From assembly GCA_030390025.1 (NCBI GenBank), contig CM059432.1, positions 90,584,001-90,648,000 of the forward strand: a stretch of DNA of 64,000 nucleotides. The letters are read 5' to 3'. A model generated the notes under the pieces. The model made no database searches and was not told the DNA's origin. It was given only the letters and a program-made list of their open reading frames with translations. This document shows positions 38,659 to 52,100 of the stretch, piece after piece. Source of the stretch: Squalus acanthias. Taxonomy: Eukaryota. Both the position numbers and the translations under genes were made by a program. Each line of letters opens with the position of its first letter. Position 1 is the first letter of the stretch.

Positions 38659-39639
38659 TAACTGAACTCACAAGTGAATGCAAATGGGGCCATAGCCCTT
38701 TTACATATACCGGCAAGAATTGTGTCATCCAATGACGTCACCAGACCTGTCCCTTTTAATAGGGCTGGGATACGCGCAGGGCAGGCTTAACAAGACCCGT
38801 TACGGTAAGATCTTATTTTTCAGCGGGATCAACTCAGCAGCAGGGTCAACTCAGCAGCGGGGTCTCCACCCACCACCCCCGCCATTAAGCCGCCCAGGTA
38901 GGCGAAATCGTGGCCTAATAGTTCCCTAAATAATAAGATCATCAATCAAAAGTTGACTCAGGTCACACATCAAGACCTCGTTTATCAAAAGTAAGATCGC
39001 AACTGTTCCCCTGTGCATAATCGCCAACAGTTTTTATTATCCCACCATCATAGGGTCAAGTAAGTGGTTGGAGCCACAACATTAAATATAGGTTCTTTAG
39101 TTTTACTTTGAATTTGGAAAAAAAAGTTTCTAGGGATTAAATGAGAATCTAATGGTGTCCATGAACTGTGTAAATAATTGAAAGTTATCATTTAGCTTAA
39201 TTAATGGGCAGTGCCACCGCGGGCTAAGGTTAACGGCTGCCAGCAAAAAGAGTGCAGGCTGTTGCTGCCTGCTGATTTAAATGTTTAAATGAGCGGAGCG
39301 CAGAATCTATTGTGCAACGCACTCTTTCCGGCGGTAACCTCAGCAGGAGGCCAAAGGTTGCATCTAAAGGATCGGTGCGGCGGTCTCGGGCAATGTGCTG
39401 TTTGGGATAATTTGGTGAAGTCTCCTGGGTTTTGCTGGGTCAGGAGGTATCGGGTCTGCTCTTGGAGGGTTGGAGCATTGTCTGTTGTGGCACACTAGGA
39501 GGCATTTGTTTGTCCATTGCTCCCCTCTTACTTTCTCGGACATTTGTCTGGGTCTTGTGTGGGGTTCACAAACGGGTACCAGACTGCCTGGTACGCCCAT
39601 CTTCACTAGCTGCCATAGGTCCATGGTCGTGTCTATTTG

Positions 39640-39744
39640 CAACACCAAATTTCTGATTGGTCCCCTTGGAGGACAACACCAGATTTCTGATTGGTCTCCT
39701 TGGAGGACAACACTAGATTTCTGATTGGTCCCCTTGGAGGACAA
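39640..39744. repeat. Three tandem ~34-bp units, each with a CCAAT box on the minus strand
   Basis: ccagatttctgattggtc(c/t)ccttggaggacaaca x3. Confidence 0.85.
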
Positions 39745-40665
39745 GACCTACCCAACAGATTGTCTGGAATGTGTAATTTGATCCATTCATTGTGACAGCC
39801 AGGCTGCAGAGCTCACAGTGCTAACACTACTGCTTTCTGAGAATAGACAGGGCTCACCCTCTCGTGTTTGGAGCACTTGCAGCGCTCACACTGCTGAGTT
39901 CAGATAGGAAGGGATGAGGCCATGGAGGGATTTTAACAAGAGGATGAGAATTTTAAAATCAAAGTGTTGGTGGACAATGTTCCCCTTAATTTTTTTGGGG
40001 GTGCGCGCGTTCCCTTTAACGGGCAATGCGGCCCATTCAAAATTTCACACATGCGCAAAATCTCCCATTCAAAAGCCGGTAAGCGGCCTGCACAGAACCT
40101 CCAGACAGCATCGCGGGAATGTTGTTGGTGGACCATGAGCCAATGTAGGTCAACAAGCACAGGGGTGATGGGTGAATGGAACTTGCTGCGTGTTAGGATA
40201 CGTGCGGCAGAGATTTGGATGAGCTCAAGTTTATTGAGGGTGGAAGATGGGAAGCTGGTCAGGAGAACATTGGAATAATCGAGTAAATATAATGTTATGC
40301 ATGTTGTAGGACCAACACAGAATACGCTCTCATTTTTAAGAATTCATTTATTTATTGCCCATCCCTAGTTGCCCTTGAGAGGCTGGTAGTGAGCTGCCTT
40401 CTTGAACCGCTGCAGTCTGCGGGGGGTTGAGGAGAGGTCGGGAGAATGTGGTGCAGGTGTAATGAGAGTGGGCGTGGAAGATCGTGATCCAGGCCTAACA
40501 GAGGGCAGGAGAACGTGATCTAACATCCCATCTGGATCATGTTCTTGCACTCATTTCAACCCCCCCCCTTTAGACCTGGATCACGTTCTCCCCCCCCCCC
40601 CCACCCCCACTGTTCTCACCGTGCCCCCCCCGCCAACAAGTTCCTGACCTCTCCCCGAGCTCCTG

Positions 40666-41767
40666 TGTAGAGATTCGCGTATCTCTGTTAAACAGGATCG
40701 AGTGCAAACCAATATGGTGGGTATATTGTGTTTAATCGGAGTTTAGGACGGAATATAACACACTAGTAATACAGCAAAAACATATGACCGTGACAAGCAG
40801 CTGGTACTGGACCCGATCGGACAGACGTCTGGTGTGCGTGAACAGTTCTCTGGCTTCCGGCCTCTCTCTCTCTCTAGGGCCTTCAATGATGAGCGTGGGA
40901 TCACTCTCAAGAGTGTTCGACCAGCCCAACTTCTCTTTGCAACTTCTGATCGGCTCTCCCCTCCACCGTCTGTGTGGGCAAGCATTCGGGGTGTCACTTT
41001 TATTCTCTTTTAAGGGGTGGGCCTGAGGCCAAATTATTGACAAGACCATTTAACCTATAGAGGTTCCTCTAAAACCTCATCATCCAATAACACATCAAGT
41101 TCTTTGTCTCGATTCTTGGATGAAAGCCTTCCCCAAAAGGGGATCTCATTACTTCATCCAATTTGTCTTATTGTTTAATATTTCTGAAGGTTCTTCCTTT
41201 GGAATTTGTGTCTTATCTCTCTTGTCTCTATCCTCCTTGACCCAGCAAGTACAAGGTCCGACCCTGTCCCTCTTAATCATGGCCCCAGCCAGAGCTGTCA
41301 CACTTTAGCCAGTCACTATCTCACCTTCATCTAGCAAATGGCCCATTCTAAGATGGATACCTTAGCCTCCTCAAATTCCTTTCATTCTATGTCTTTTCCT
41401 AATTAACTTTTATTTATCTTCGCAAGCAGTTCTGCTAAACAAACTCCAAATTCTATCTGTAGAGATTATAATATGGTTATTAGTAATAATGGAAGAAACA
41501 TAGGTTAGGCCTTCACTGGCCAAATTAAAGATACACTAACAAAGTCAAAACCCTAACTTACAAACAACAGCCAGCTAGCCTGGCAGGGCCATCCTATGGG
41601 CCCCTGTGTGGAATGTTTATGCCTCACCTAATCTAACTGATTAAAAAGACTGTCTCAAATTCTAATGCATGTTTTCCAGGAAAACAAAACTTAATCAGTC
41701 CCCTTACTTGTCTCGAGCCGAAACATACAGTCATTTAAACACAGTATTATTCGTGTAGCCATATACA
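40666..41767 (-). mobile_element. Possible solo LTR (~1.1 kb)
   Basis: TGTA...TACA inverted termini; interrupts a pyrimidine-rich repeat that resumes at ~41770; no matching TSD seen. Confidence 0.3.
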
Positions 41768-41769
41768 TT

Positions 41770-42125
41770 GTTAGGCACCCCTAGCTTCTAACACCTGATC
41801 TTCTCTCCACCCCCGCACCACGTTCCTGACCTTCTCCCCTCGAGTTCCTAACCACCCCCCTCTCCGAGCTCCTCCTTTTCCGAGCTCCTGGCTCTCTCCC
41901 TCCCTTTCGATCCTCTCTCCTCTCTCCCCCCCTTCAATCCACTCTCCTCTCTCCTCTTTGATCCCCACTTCGATCTCCTTTCCGCTCTCCCCTTCGATCC
42001 ACCCTTCAATTCTCTCTCCTCCCTCCTTTGATCCCCTCTCCTCCCACCCCTTCGATCCTCTCTTCTCTCCCCGCTTCGATCCCCTCTCCTCTTTCCCCCC
42101 CACATCCGATCCCCTGACCTTCTCT
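41770..42125. repeat. Pyrimidine-rich degenerate tandem repeat (cttcgatcc-cored units of ~20-25 nt)
   Basis: Repeated ttcgatcc/ttcaatcc cores separated by ct-rich spacers. Confidence 0.7.
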
Positions 42126-44423
42126 GCATGGAGCCGAGGAAAATGTGGCAGTGCAGGCTGCAGCCGCCACACTGTTTGGTACTGCGCATGGGCAACCGGA
42201 TCGAGTGCGCGTGCGCGACCGGAACGAGTGCGCCTGCGCAGTACCAAACGGGCGCGCATGCGCAGAGGGGGAGTCAAAAACGCTGTGCAAATAATCACTC
42301 TGTAGGTCCACAGCTGTTTCAGCCAGATGTTTGCTGTGTGGAGGTTTGTGCTCCACCATGGTGCTGGAGGGGGAGTGGGGTGTGGGTGCACCATCTTGCA
42401 GCTAGCAGTGACAGTGCACTAGCCTGCGGATCACAGAGGGGATTCATTCCCTGGTGAGTGGGTCTTAAAGCACAGGCTCAGATCTGGAGCGTCTGTGACA
42501 TAAATGTCGTTAAACTGTTGCATGAGAAATCAATTGAAATAAATTTAAAAAGGGAAACATGAACCTCTTGGTCAGGAGATTACTGGTGTAAATCGTGCAG
42601 CAGAAAGTTCAGTTAAATTTTTAACAAAAGCAGACTTTTGAAGAACTCTTGGTGAGAATATGGTGTTAAGCCTTTTAAAAACAGACTTCCAAACTTTGCA
42701 TATTATTTTATTACTTCCTAAACTAGAAAACACAATGTATAAAATTTCAGGAAATGCAGCTTTGATTTTTTTTCCTGAGATTCTTACAACTGTAATACAG
42801 TGCAGTTTATTTTAAAAGTATTTACCTCCTGTAATGTTTGACTGACCAGGGGGAGATTTGATGCATCTCATTGGAAGCAGTTTTCACTCCAATTACATAG
42901 TCTGAGCTCTCCATTGTTATCAGTTATCTCAGCAGCTGTTTACTGTACACTACAGCTTTCTCCCGGCTCTATGCGTTGTCCACAGCTGCACGCACGGGCG
43001 TGCTTTGGAGAGAGCGGTAAGAGCAGTGGCGAGGTCAAAAATGGATGAACGTGCGTCAATTCGGCATTGCACGATGATTGACGTCACGCTCCTGGTAATT
43101 AAAATACTTACGGCAAGCGCAAGCAACGGCAGCGCTGTCGACCTGCCCAATATGGCGGCCATTTTTTCTACAAAACCGGCCTTATCGGCCGGCGTTAAAG
43201 TATCGAATGTCTAGGCCAAAATGTGTTTCCATTTTGTGTTTAAGGCTCTTTATCAAATAAAGAAAGAATAGTGTTTTGTTTAAATATATTATTTTCATCA
43301 CGATCATATTTCACGTGATAAACATAAATTCTGTCAGGCGGAAATAGTTTATGAATGCATATAATAACTCACTGATCTCAAATAAACAAAATTTAAATGT
43401 TTTTGTTGTGATTTGCTGTTTCCAATATATTAAGATTTCCCCCTGGATTATGTAAAATTATTTAGATGTTTACAGGTCAGCTATGTTTGAAATACAAAGG
43501 TTGTAGACTTAGTTTCTAGTGTAGATTATGTTCATCATTTTAAATAGTATATACATATTCATTAGGTGTGACCTTGATGTTTATATAGGCCCCTAAAGCA
43601 ATTATTCAACTGGATCAGCTTAAAAATAATAACAAAAAGAGGACAGAAATGTTTGAATTCATGCAAATTACAGACTTTGAGCAGTATTAAAAGACTGGTT
43701 GCTGTTTAATGAGGGTGGTAAAGAGTAGTGGTAATTAAATCTTGACATACAATTATAAAGCACACATAGGAACAAACCTACAATGTGATATAGAATGAAA
43801 AGGACAGTCTCCAAAAACTTGCATTATGCTCTGTCATCTGAGACTATACTTCATGAGTGCAGGGTGAAGGTCAAGGAGCTATCTTAACTCCATCAATCCT
43901 GTGGACAGTTACAAATGACCTTTCACTTCCCATAAGACATTCAATATTCTGAATTGTTGGGATACATTTTTCTGTGTTTAGAAAATGGGGAAATAAAAGC
44001 CTTTCATGCTGCTAAAGGCGCAGTTATTGCAGGATCTTCTGAATGGTTCATTCACCCTGTGTGCTGATAGAAACTAATATCTAATTTACACCGACTGAGT
44101 CACATTCTGAAAAATTGCATTTCTAAAGTTGTTATTGAAACCATAGGTAAACTTTCAGCATATAGAGTGGGTTATTAGTCACTACATCGGACATGTTATC
44201 ATTCTGAAAAGAAACAGGGAATTTGTGCACTTTTTATGTGAGTTGAAACATTGGAAAATAAAAATGCAGTTCATTGTTCAGCTGTGAATTATTTTCACTA
44301 TTTGTATAGAAAAAGTATAGTATTAACCTCGGCATAGATGAGCAGGGTATTTGTAGATTGGGAGTGTAAAGACCTCAAAAGAAAAATTGTACTGTTGAAT
44401 TATCTTCCTTTTTTGTTTTATAG

Positions 44424-44507
44424 ATTCATCAGAAAGAAAGTAAACTGTGTGGTTTGCAAAAAGAGCTAGTGGTGGCTCAAAAGCAGTACTCTGCCTGCTA
44501 TGAAGAG
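44424..44507 (+). CDS. Internal exon F (IHQKESKLCGLQKELVVAQKQYSACYEE)
   Basis: Strong polypyrimidine acceptor cttccttttttgttttatag, donor GAG|gtaata; 84 nt, phase 0/0. Confidence 0.8.
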
Positions 44508-44644
44508 GTAATACATTTTATGAATAAATAAACTTTAGAATGTTTTTTCATGACAAATTGGTTATTAAGTTTCATGCTTTAATCTTATAAAACAGTTTGT
44601 ATAATGGTTAGGATAAGGACATATTATCCATCAAATTTTACAAT

Positions 44645-46730
44645 GGTCCAGATTTTGCTGGAGCAGGGCATCTCGCGGCATGCCCTGTTAGTTATACTTG
44701 TTCGTGTATGTTTAGATTTTAAAGAATTTTATCCACAAAGTTGCTGGAAGTGCGAGCTGATAATGGCGCAGCGAGGGCAACAGGGCATCTGGGACCTTGG
44801 TGAACAACAGGACAAACAGTGTATCTCCTTAACCAATGAGATTAAAGGATTGAGAAATAAACAGAGGATGGACTGAGAAGGAAGGTGAATTAGAGTGGGT
44901 GCATTCAATGTCAAATCAGGTAGAGAAAGAGAAATAAAGAGAGGGAAACAAAGATTGGATTAAGAGAGAGAGAAAGCAAAAGTAAGAAAAAAAATTAAAT
45001 TTAAAGTTTGACATTTTTAAAATCGCCTAAAACAATTCACAACCTGAAAAATTGATAATTGATCACTTATAATTGATAATTTTATGAGCAAGAGAGGTTG
45101 ATTGGCAGTCATTAACAATTATCACATTGCTAAAAGGGTACTTACACTGTTGGGGCTAAAAATTTGATTGCCCCCCAAAATGGGCATGGGGATCACGATG
45201 CGCAATCAACCCGTGTCCGCGCAAAGTAATGCAGGCAGCACACAAGCTTCATGCTGCCTACTAATTATAATTATTGTGCCGTGCAGCCCAGCGCTGAACG
45301 CGCGGCAGAGTGGCTGCACGACTCAGCAATGGGCCCAAGTTCGTGCGAGGCTAGCACCAGTTAAAGCTAGCCTGCACTTCTTAAAGCCAGCCTGCACCTC
45401 TTAAAGGTGCACTCTGGCTGCAGCAGGTGCTGGAAGTTGTTGTAGAGGAGTGTGTAACCTACAGGAAGAGTGAAGATGCCGCAACATGGCAGAGCGAGGG
45501 TTCCCAGATTTTCTGATGCAGCACTTGTGGCCCTGGTGCAGGAGGTGGATAGGAAGAGACATGTCCTGTATCCACAGGGGGCCAGGAAGCCCTCCAGACA
45601 AACTGTGAGAAGGCAATCGGAGCAGGTAGCCATCGTGGTCAATGCCAGCAGTGTAGCCTCGAGGACCTGGATGCAGTGTCGCAAGAAGTTTAACAAACTC
45701 ACACGAGTGGTCATGGTCAGTGAATTCATCTTAAAATGTCATATCCTTACAATGAACCACTAGCCTCACTGCCCAATTCAGTACCGCTCCCCACCCCCTT
45801 CATTCACCTGCCAACAATCTCTATCAATCACGATTCATACCTCACATTCATAGCTTCACCTCACCCTCACAGACACTTAGCATTGCTGCAAGCCTCACAC
45901 CCACATCTTACCATCAACCATGATAGGCACATCACCCAAACACATTGCACCACACTCACTGACACACTTCACTCTCTTGCAGGACAAGGTGGATACAAAT
46001 TACTGCACCCAAGTCTAGGAGCAACTGGTCTGAGCAGAAGCCTTGAAATAACCTGTCACACCACTCCCTGGAAACTTCAGCAACTTCAAATAAGATAACA
46101 GACCACCAAACACTTGTACAAACTCACCAAGAGCCAGTAGGAATCAATCAGCAACTAACCTGAAAGCAGTTAATGATCCCTTTAAATAGCGCTGGTGGGG
46201 GGTCCTTCCTGCTGCTGAACACATGTTCAGCTCTGCGTCTTTAAGAGAGGGCATTAGCTATAGGGTTGAGGTCGAAAATGACAGCGCTGGCATCAAATCA
46301 GCATTGCACGCTGATTGATGTCACGATCTGCATACTCTGCATACTTCTAGCGCATGCTCCCCACGCTAACGACCTACCCAAATTGCCGTCCGGCGCAGCC
46401 TGCACCAGAAATGTGCGCGTGCTCCTCGGACACCATTTTGGACCCGAATCGGCATCCGTAGCGCCGTGTCTAGTAATTTAGTGCCGTAAATTACTAGCCT
46501 TAACTTTCTGTGGCGAGTTTAATGGGCAATTAATGTGCAAATGCAACAACTTTGTGAAAATCGCAGGGTGTTTAAGTCCGAGATGCTGTTTTTGCGAAGC
46601 TAATGGCGAAGCAGTGCAAACCGGCCAGCAACTTGCGGCAATTCGCAATTTATGGAGTTTCTCTTCCTCGTCACAAGTTGCTGGCTAATTTGCGCATTAA
46701 TAACGGCATTTTTTCAGCAACGTCTGGGCC
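44645..46730. mobile_element. MITE family A copy with a nested Harbinger derivative
   Basis: Ends ggtccagattttgct / agcaacgtctgggcc; 44645-45150 colinear with 618-1119. Confidence 0.75.
45152..46486. mobile_element. Deleted Harbinger derivative retaining a Myb/SANT exon (45476-~45716, +)
   Basis: Ends ggggctaaaaattt / aatttagtgcc; MPQHGRARVPRFSDAALVALVQEVDRKRHVLYP...RTWMQCRKKFNKL, then donor gtcagt; acceptor ctctcttgcag at ~45982. Confidence 0.75.
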
Positions 46731-47229
46731 ATTCTATCTCATTATGTCTTGCATGCATACTCTTGTTTGTGTACAGTGGACCATTTAAAAAATAATGGAA
46801 TCCTAATCAATTGTCCACAATTCACTAAGTGGTAAAAACAGAGGTAAAATGTTACTTCATTTGTTAATATATACACTTTTAAATTTGTATAATTAAATCA
46901 AAATATACATTATGCTTATTGTATTATCGTGTTACTAGGCTAAATAAAATAGATTATTGAGAAAGTGATTTTAAGGGTTAAATGCTTCTTTGGGGATATT
47001 TATTTGTAGTCCATCAATACACAAATGTGCAGCTTACAAACAGCAAGTTCTGGCACACATTGTGAAAGGCTAGTCTTGCTGTTGATCAAAAAAACTTCTA
47101 TGCGTTTTAGTCACAAATCTATATTGGGACCTGTTCTGAAACCTGGTGAGTCTCCCAATTGAGAGTGATGGCTCTGGATACCTCTATGACTTCTATGCTG
47201 ACACTTCCCAAAAAGGGCACTGGCTTCTC

Positions 47230-47790
47230 CACCTGGAGTACTGTGAGCAGTTCTGGGCACCACATCTTAGGAAGGATATATTGGCCTTGGAGGGAGTGCA
47301 GCATAGATTTAACAGAATGATATCTCAACTCCATGGGTTAAATTACGAGGAGAGATTACACAAACTAGGGTTGTATTCCCTGGAATTTAGAAGGATAAGG
47401 GGTGACTTGATCAAAGTTTTCAAAATATTAAGAGGAACAGATAGGATAGATAGAGAGAAACTATTTCCACTGGTTGGGGAGTCTAGGACGAGGGGGGCAT
47501 AGTCTACAAATTACAGCCAGACCTTTCAGGAGTGAAATTAGGAAACACTTCTACACGCAAAGGGTGGTAGAAGTTTGGAACTCTCTTCCGCAAACACCAA
47601 TTGGTGCGAGGTCAATTGTTAATTTTAAATCTGAGATTGATAGATTTTTGTTAACCTCAGGTTTTGAGGTATATGAGGCAAAGGCCTCATATACCTCAAA
47701 TATGGAGTTAGTTCGCAGATCAGCCATGAACTCATTGAATGGCGGAACAGGCTCGAGGGGCTAAATGTCCTACTCCTGTTCCTATGTTCT
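47230..47790 (+). mobile_element. CR1 3' fragment
   Basis: HLEYCEQFWAPHLRKDILALEGVQ...RGDLIKVFKIL; CR1-type tail. Confidence 0.88.
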
Positions 47791-48429
47791 GATGGAAAAT
47801 GTTACAGGCATTTCAAACATGAAAAATGTGATCCAATAAATAAGTGAAGTTTGTAAATTTGATGTTGCATTATGTTATTTTACTTTGTTTAGGAAATGAA
47901 CTCAGTGGAGAATCCTGACTGAAAGGATTGGAATTCTTTAATTGGTTAATCTTTTTTATTGGTAGCATTTCCTGATGACCAATTTTTGATCTGTAGATTT
48001 TGAACTTCGTGGTTGGTGGTTTTCATTACTACTTGTTACATGCTGATTGATCCTACCTGTTCAAAAGTGTGATACTCAAGTGTGATTGACAAAACACAAG
48101 CTAGATGCAAATTGTTAGTATATTTAGTGTTTCTACCAAGGGAATGGAGGGCATCTGTGCCAGGACGAAGCAAGTGGTGGGAGTTGGAGTGTCTGAGGAT
48201 GTGGGCAGAGGAGGGACCTTAGTGGGAGGGGGTAATTGTGGGAAATGGAGTATGCAAGTGTCTGGGAATAATCAATATTGTGGTCTGGGGATATTCCTAA
48301 GAGATGGTGAGTTAAGTGATTGGAGGGAGTTGGGGGAAATAGGAGGAGTCTGCCTCTAAGGACCAAACACTTGTCTACTTTAATCAACAATAAACTGAAT
48401 AAATAAACCATTCCATGTATATAGTTCAT

Positions 48430-49169
48430 GGCCCAGAAATTGATCTCGCTCTGTTCCCGCGGGGGTAAGCCTTCCCCGCGATGTCTCACCTCGCTTGTGC
48501 TTTTTCAGATCCAGCTCGCACGAACTTGATGTTCCAGACATCAGCTGTGCTGGGCTTGCGTATCCCAGCGGCGTAGTGAATTCGTGCGAGCTGTGGGATC
48601 ACGTGACTCAGTTAGAGCCAATGGCAGCACACCATCTTCCATTCATAAGATTCACAGACCTGCTGTGAAATCTATGAATCTTACACCCCCCCAAAATAAC
48701 AGCTAAACCTCAATTAAATAAAAAAAAACATCACATTAATAAAATAAGTATAGTTAATTAAATTAACCATTTTAAATAAAAAATTAAATTTTTGAAAAAA
48801 TTTAAAATCTTTTAAAAAGTTATAAAAATAAACTTACCTGTCTTTAAAGTCTCTAAAAAAGATATACCTGTAAAAAAAAATTCAAAAAAATACTTAATTC
48901 ACTACTTACCTTCTTAAAAGCGGGTCTTACTCCTCCTTTTTACATTTCCAAAATCTTCAGTACTTACCTGCGCGTCCAAAGCATGAAGTGCACAGCGTGC
49001 GCGCAGCCTGTAGCGCGCACGCGATGCACCCAAGACCCGCCCCCTTTTCAGAAGAGCAATTGCCGGTTTTCAGCGCATGCGCAGGGCATGCAGAAAACCG
49101 GCAATTGGAGTGGGAATACGCGAGAGTACGCAGTGCGTACTCTCGCGTCCCGGGATCAAGTTTCGGCCC
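48430..49169. mobile_element. MITE family C copy
   Basis: Ends ggcccagaaattgatc / gatcaagtttcggccc; very similar to 63115-63877. Confidence 0.8.
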
Positions 49170-52100
49170 ATTATTTACCATTCACACCATTTAGTTCAGA
49201 AAATTTCAAAACATTATGTTTCACTTTGTTTTGAAGTTTTTATACAGAAATAAAAAAGAGGGGAATGTGGTTTACAAACAGCTAGTTTTGGAATCCACTG
49301 TGAAGGGAAAGATTCTAGAAGTAAAATAAAGAGTGGAGGGGTTTGTTGTAATTGACATGGGCAGCAGCTGATCAGAAGGAACCCAAGGCATTACAGAACA
49401 AATGGCCAGCAAAGCCCAAGGCAGCTATTCAAGCTCGAGCCAAGTACGCCAAGTTGAGCCTCAGACTTACAACACGGTAGTAGGTTACTCAAGAATATGT
49501 TTTCTAGGAATTTGCAGCATGGTAAAGATAACTCGTATTTCAGAGATATTCCACCTGCATCGTAGTTCCCTACTGTTACAACAGCCTCCAGTTCCAGCGT
49601 CTTATTTCTAATGCTTCTCTCGTCAATGTTGGCTCCTTTCACACTTCCCATTGTCTGACTTTTCTTGATTTCAGGTACATGCAAGTCTCTCTGGGTATTT
49701 GTCTCCATATTCACCAGTTGGCCACCTTCTACCTTACGATCCATCACATCTGAGATTCTGTTTTCTACCTGCCACTGCCGCCTCCCCTTCTATTGCGTTT
49801 GAATAATTTCCGATAGTCATCTCAATGTTCCTTCCAAATCTCTGTTTTTACTTGGTTCAGATGCAGCCGTCTCTCCTGTACTTGTTACTTTTTCTTCTGG
49901 AAGCGTTTCCAGTTATTTATCAAAACAGTACTGATGCCATGCAGCTCATTTTGCATCCTAAGCTTTCTTGGTGAATTCCCCTCCTTCCTCATGGCATGGA
50001 AAATGTACAAGTTGGAGGTAGGCTCCTAATATTTAGCAGTACTGGGGAGGAGGGTGGGGAATAGCAACACTTGGTGGCACTCTGGGGCTTTGGTAGCACT
50101 GTGGGTAATCCTGTGCTCTAGGGTAGTCCTGGGATTGAGATTTTGGTGTTTGGCAGTATTGGAGTGGTGGTTCTGAAACTTCACAGCATGGAGAGGGAAG
50201 TACTCTTGTGGTTTGACACCACTGTTTAGGGCGACCCTGAGGTTTAGCAGAAATGTGAAGTGGCAATCTGGAGTTTGGTAGAATTTGGGGTGGATTGTGA
50301 AGTTTGGTTATTGGTGGACTCCTGATGCTTCCTCTTTTTCCATTGTTACCGCCAGGAGGATGATTTTTTTTTGGACAAACTGAAGTGTATGTGGGATGCC
50401 TACACTCAATTTTTGTAGGTCAACTTATTATCATAACTTCAGGTGAAGATTTGGATGACTGTACGGAGGAAATTAGGGGTGGGAAAGGAAAAAAGTATGT
50501 CATTCAAATTTAAAAGAATGGAGATAATTAAAAAGGAGTGTCCCAATAGGGAACAAAATTTTGAAAGCTTTTGGAAAGCCGCAAAAAGCACTCTAACTGG
50601 ATATGAGGCTTTGCACGAAGTGTGTGCGAGGAGGGTTACACTTTGTGGACTCCATAGTATCATCATCATAAGATCAAGGTTGCAGCATTCTCTGTTAGAA
50701 GTTGCAGCCACCGCTATTGCCACTGGATGATCCCGCCCTATGCTGCATGGTAGCCACAGAACTTACAGCAGGGGACTGAGACAGCTCCCATAGATTTTCC
50801 AGGCCAGAGTGTTTTGCAAAGATTTGCTTGTTAAGTTAGGCAGAAGTGGAACAGTATCATATGTGATAATTTCAATGGCAATTTGGCATTATGGACATAA
50901 CAGAGAGGTAGAAATGAGGCCAGCTAAATAATAATTGTTAGCTGCTATCAACCACCAGCTCAATATTTACAGAGTTGATTAGATAAGTAAGAGAGTAAAT
51001 CCGAGAAAAGGAAAAGGCATTGATTATTTGTGTTAATGTATCCAGGACAAGAGAAGGCCATCAACCCCACAGGTGCTCACTTCCATCTCCATCTGATTTC
51101 ATTTCCATGTATCAAACACTTTGGCCCAGATATTTAAGGGTGTGGAGGAGGGTGTAATTGGCCGAAGAATCCGGCATGGGTAAAACTTTCAAAATAAATT
51201 TCAAACTTACATTCTGGTCCTCTTCTGGCCCAGGATCTGGCTCCCGACAGGTGTTGCCTGACAGGTGAGCTGACACTGCCCCCCCGCACCCAGGCCTCTG
51301 GTTGATATTGCTGATCAAGTCCTGACGACATCATCGAACCCAATCTACATATTTAAAACAGGACCCCGCTGCCTTCCTGCTCAAAAGAGCAGGTTAATAT
51401 GGGGACACGCCGTGAAGGAAGCAGGATCGATTGGGGGAACTGACACCCATTATTTTAACTGCCCCCCAACCAGTTTCAGCCAGGTGGGGGCAGTTAAACA
51501 TGAGACCTTCATTTCCCCTCTATTTCATTCTGGATGGGATACAAGATACAGTTTGTTGTTTTTAAAAAAAAAATGAATCTCTCACCTCTAGCCTCCAATC
51601 TCTCTATCTCTTTCAGCTTTTCTTGCTGCCTGCTATGTTTATCTACATAGCAGTCACAGCATTTCTTAAGTTATTTGTTGTGTGAAGCAATTTGAGACAT
51701 TTCAACATGATTAGATGCTATATAAATTCAAGTTTTATTATTTATTGTTTCTTTCCTATTTTAATAATAGCACTGAACTTTCCTCTCTTGTTCCTTCTAA
51801 ACTGAAAATACATGTTTTTACTCCTTCCTGCATCTTTACTTTATTGAATTCAATACTGATTGCACTATTTCCTACTCCAACTCATTCTTTCCCAAACTGG
51901 AGGGTGAAATTGTTCTTGGGCAATAGTGAATCAGGAGCTCATTTTACACCCTGTCTGATTTTCTTTTCCATCCACGAGGTGTAATACTGACTACTATTGC
52001 CTGTTTTGCACTACCACCCAAGACCAAATTCACCCCTCATGACACCTTCCTTTCCTCAGCAATGGGACCTGAAAATTGCATCAGGCGGGCCTTGGGCATC

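Larger units (their letters stand above)
33954..38915. mobile_element. Near full-length PIF/Harbinger DNA transposon with convergent nuclease and Myb/SANT genes
   Basis: Degenerate TIRs gggctgaattttgcc / ggcgaaatcgtggcc; HARBI1-like ORF on + faces a spliced Myb/SANT gene on -. Confidence 0.85.

Noticed and set aside
39640..39744. CRISPR-like array
   Set aside because: The units are directly tandem with no unique spacers, the context is eukaryotic and there are no cas genes
41771..42394. 207-aa G/E/R-rich ORF
   Set aside because: Translation of a purine/pyrimidine-skewed degenerate repeat
47893..47922. Possible short terminal exon (EMNSVENPD-stop) after a good acceptor
   Set aside because: Too short to distinguish from chance; no supporting evidence
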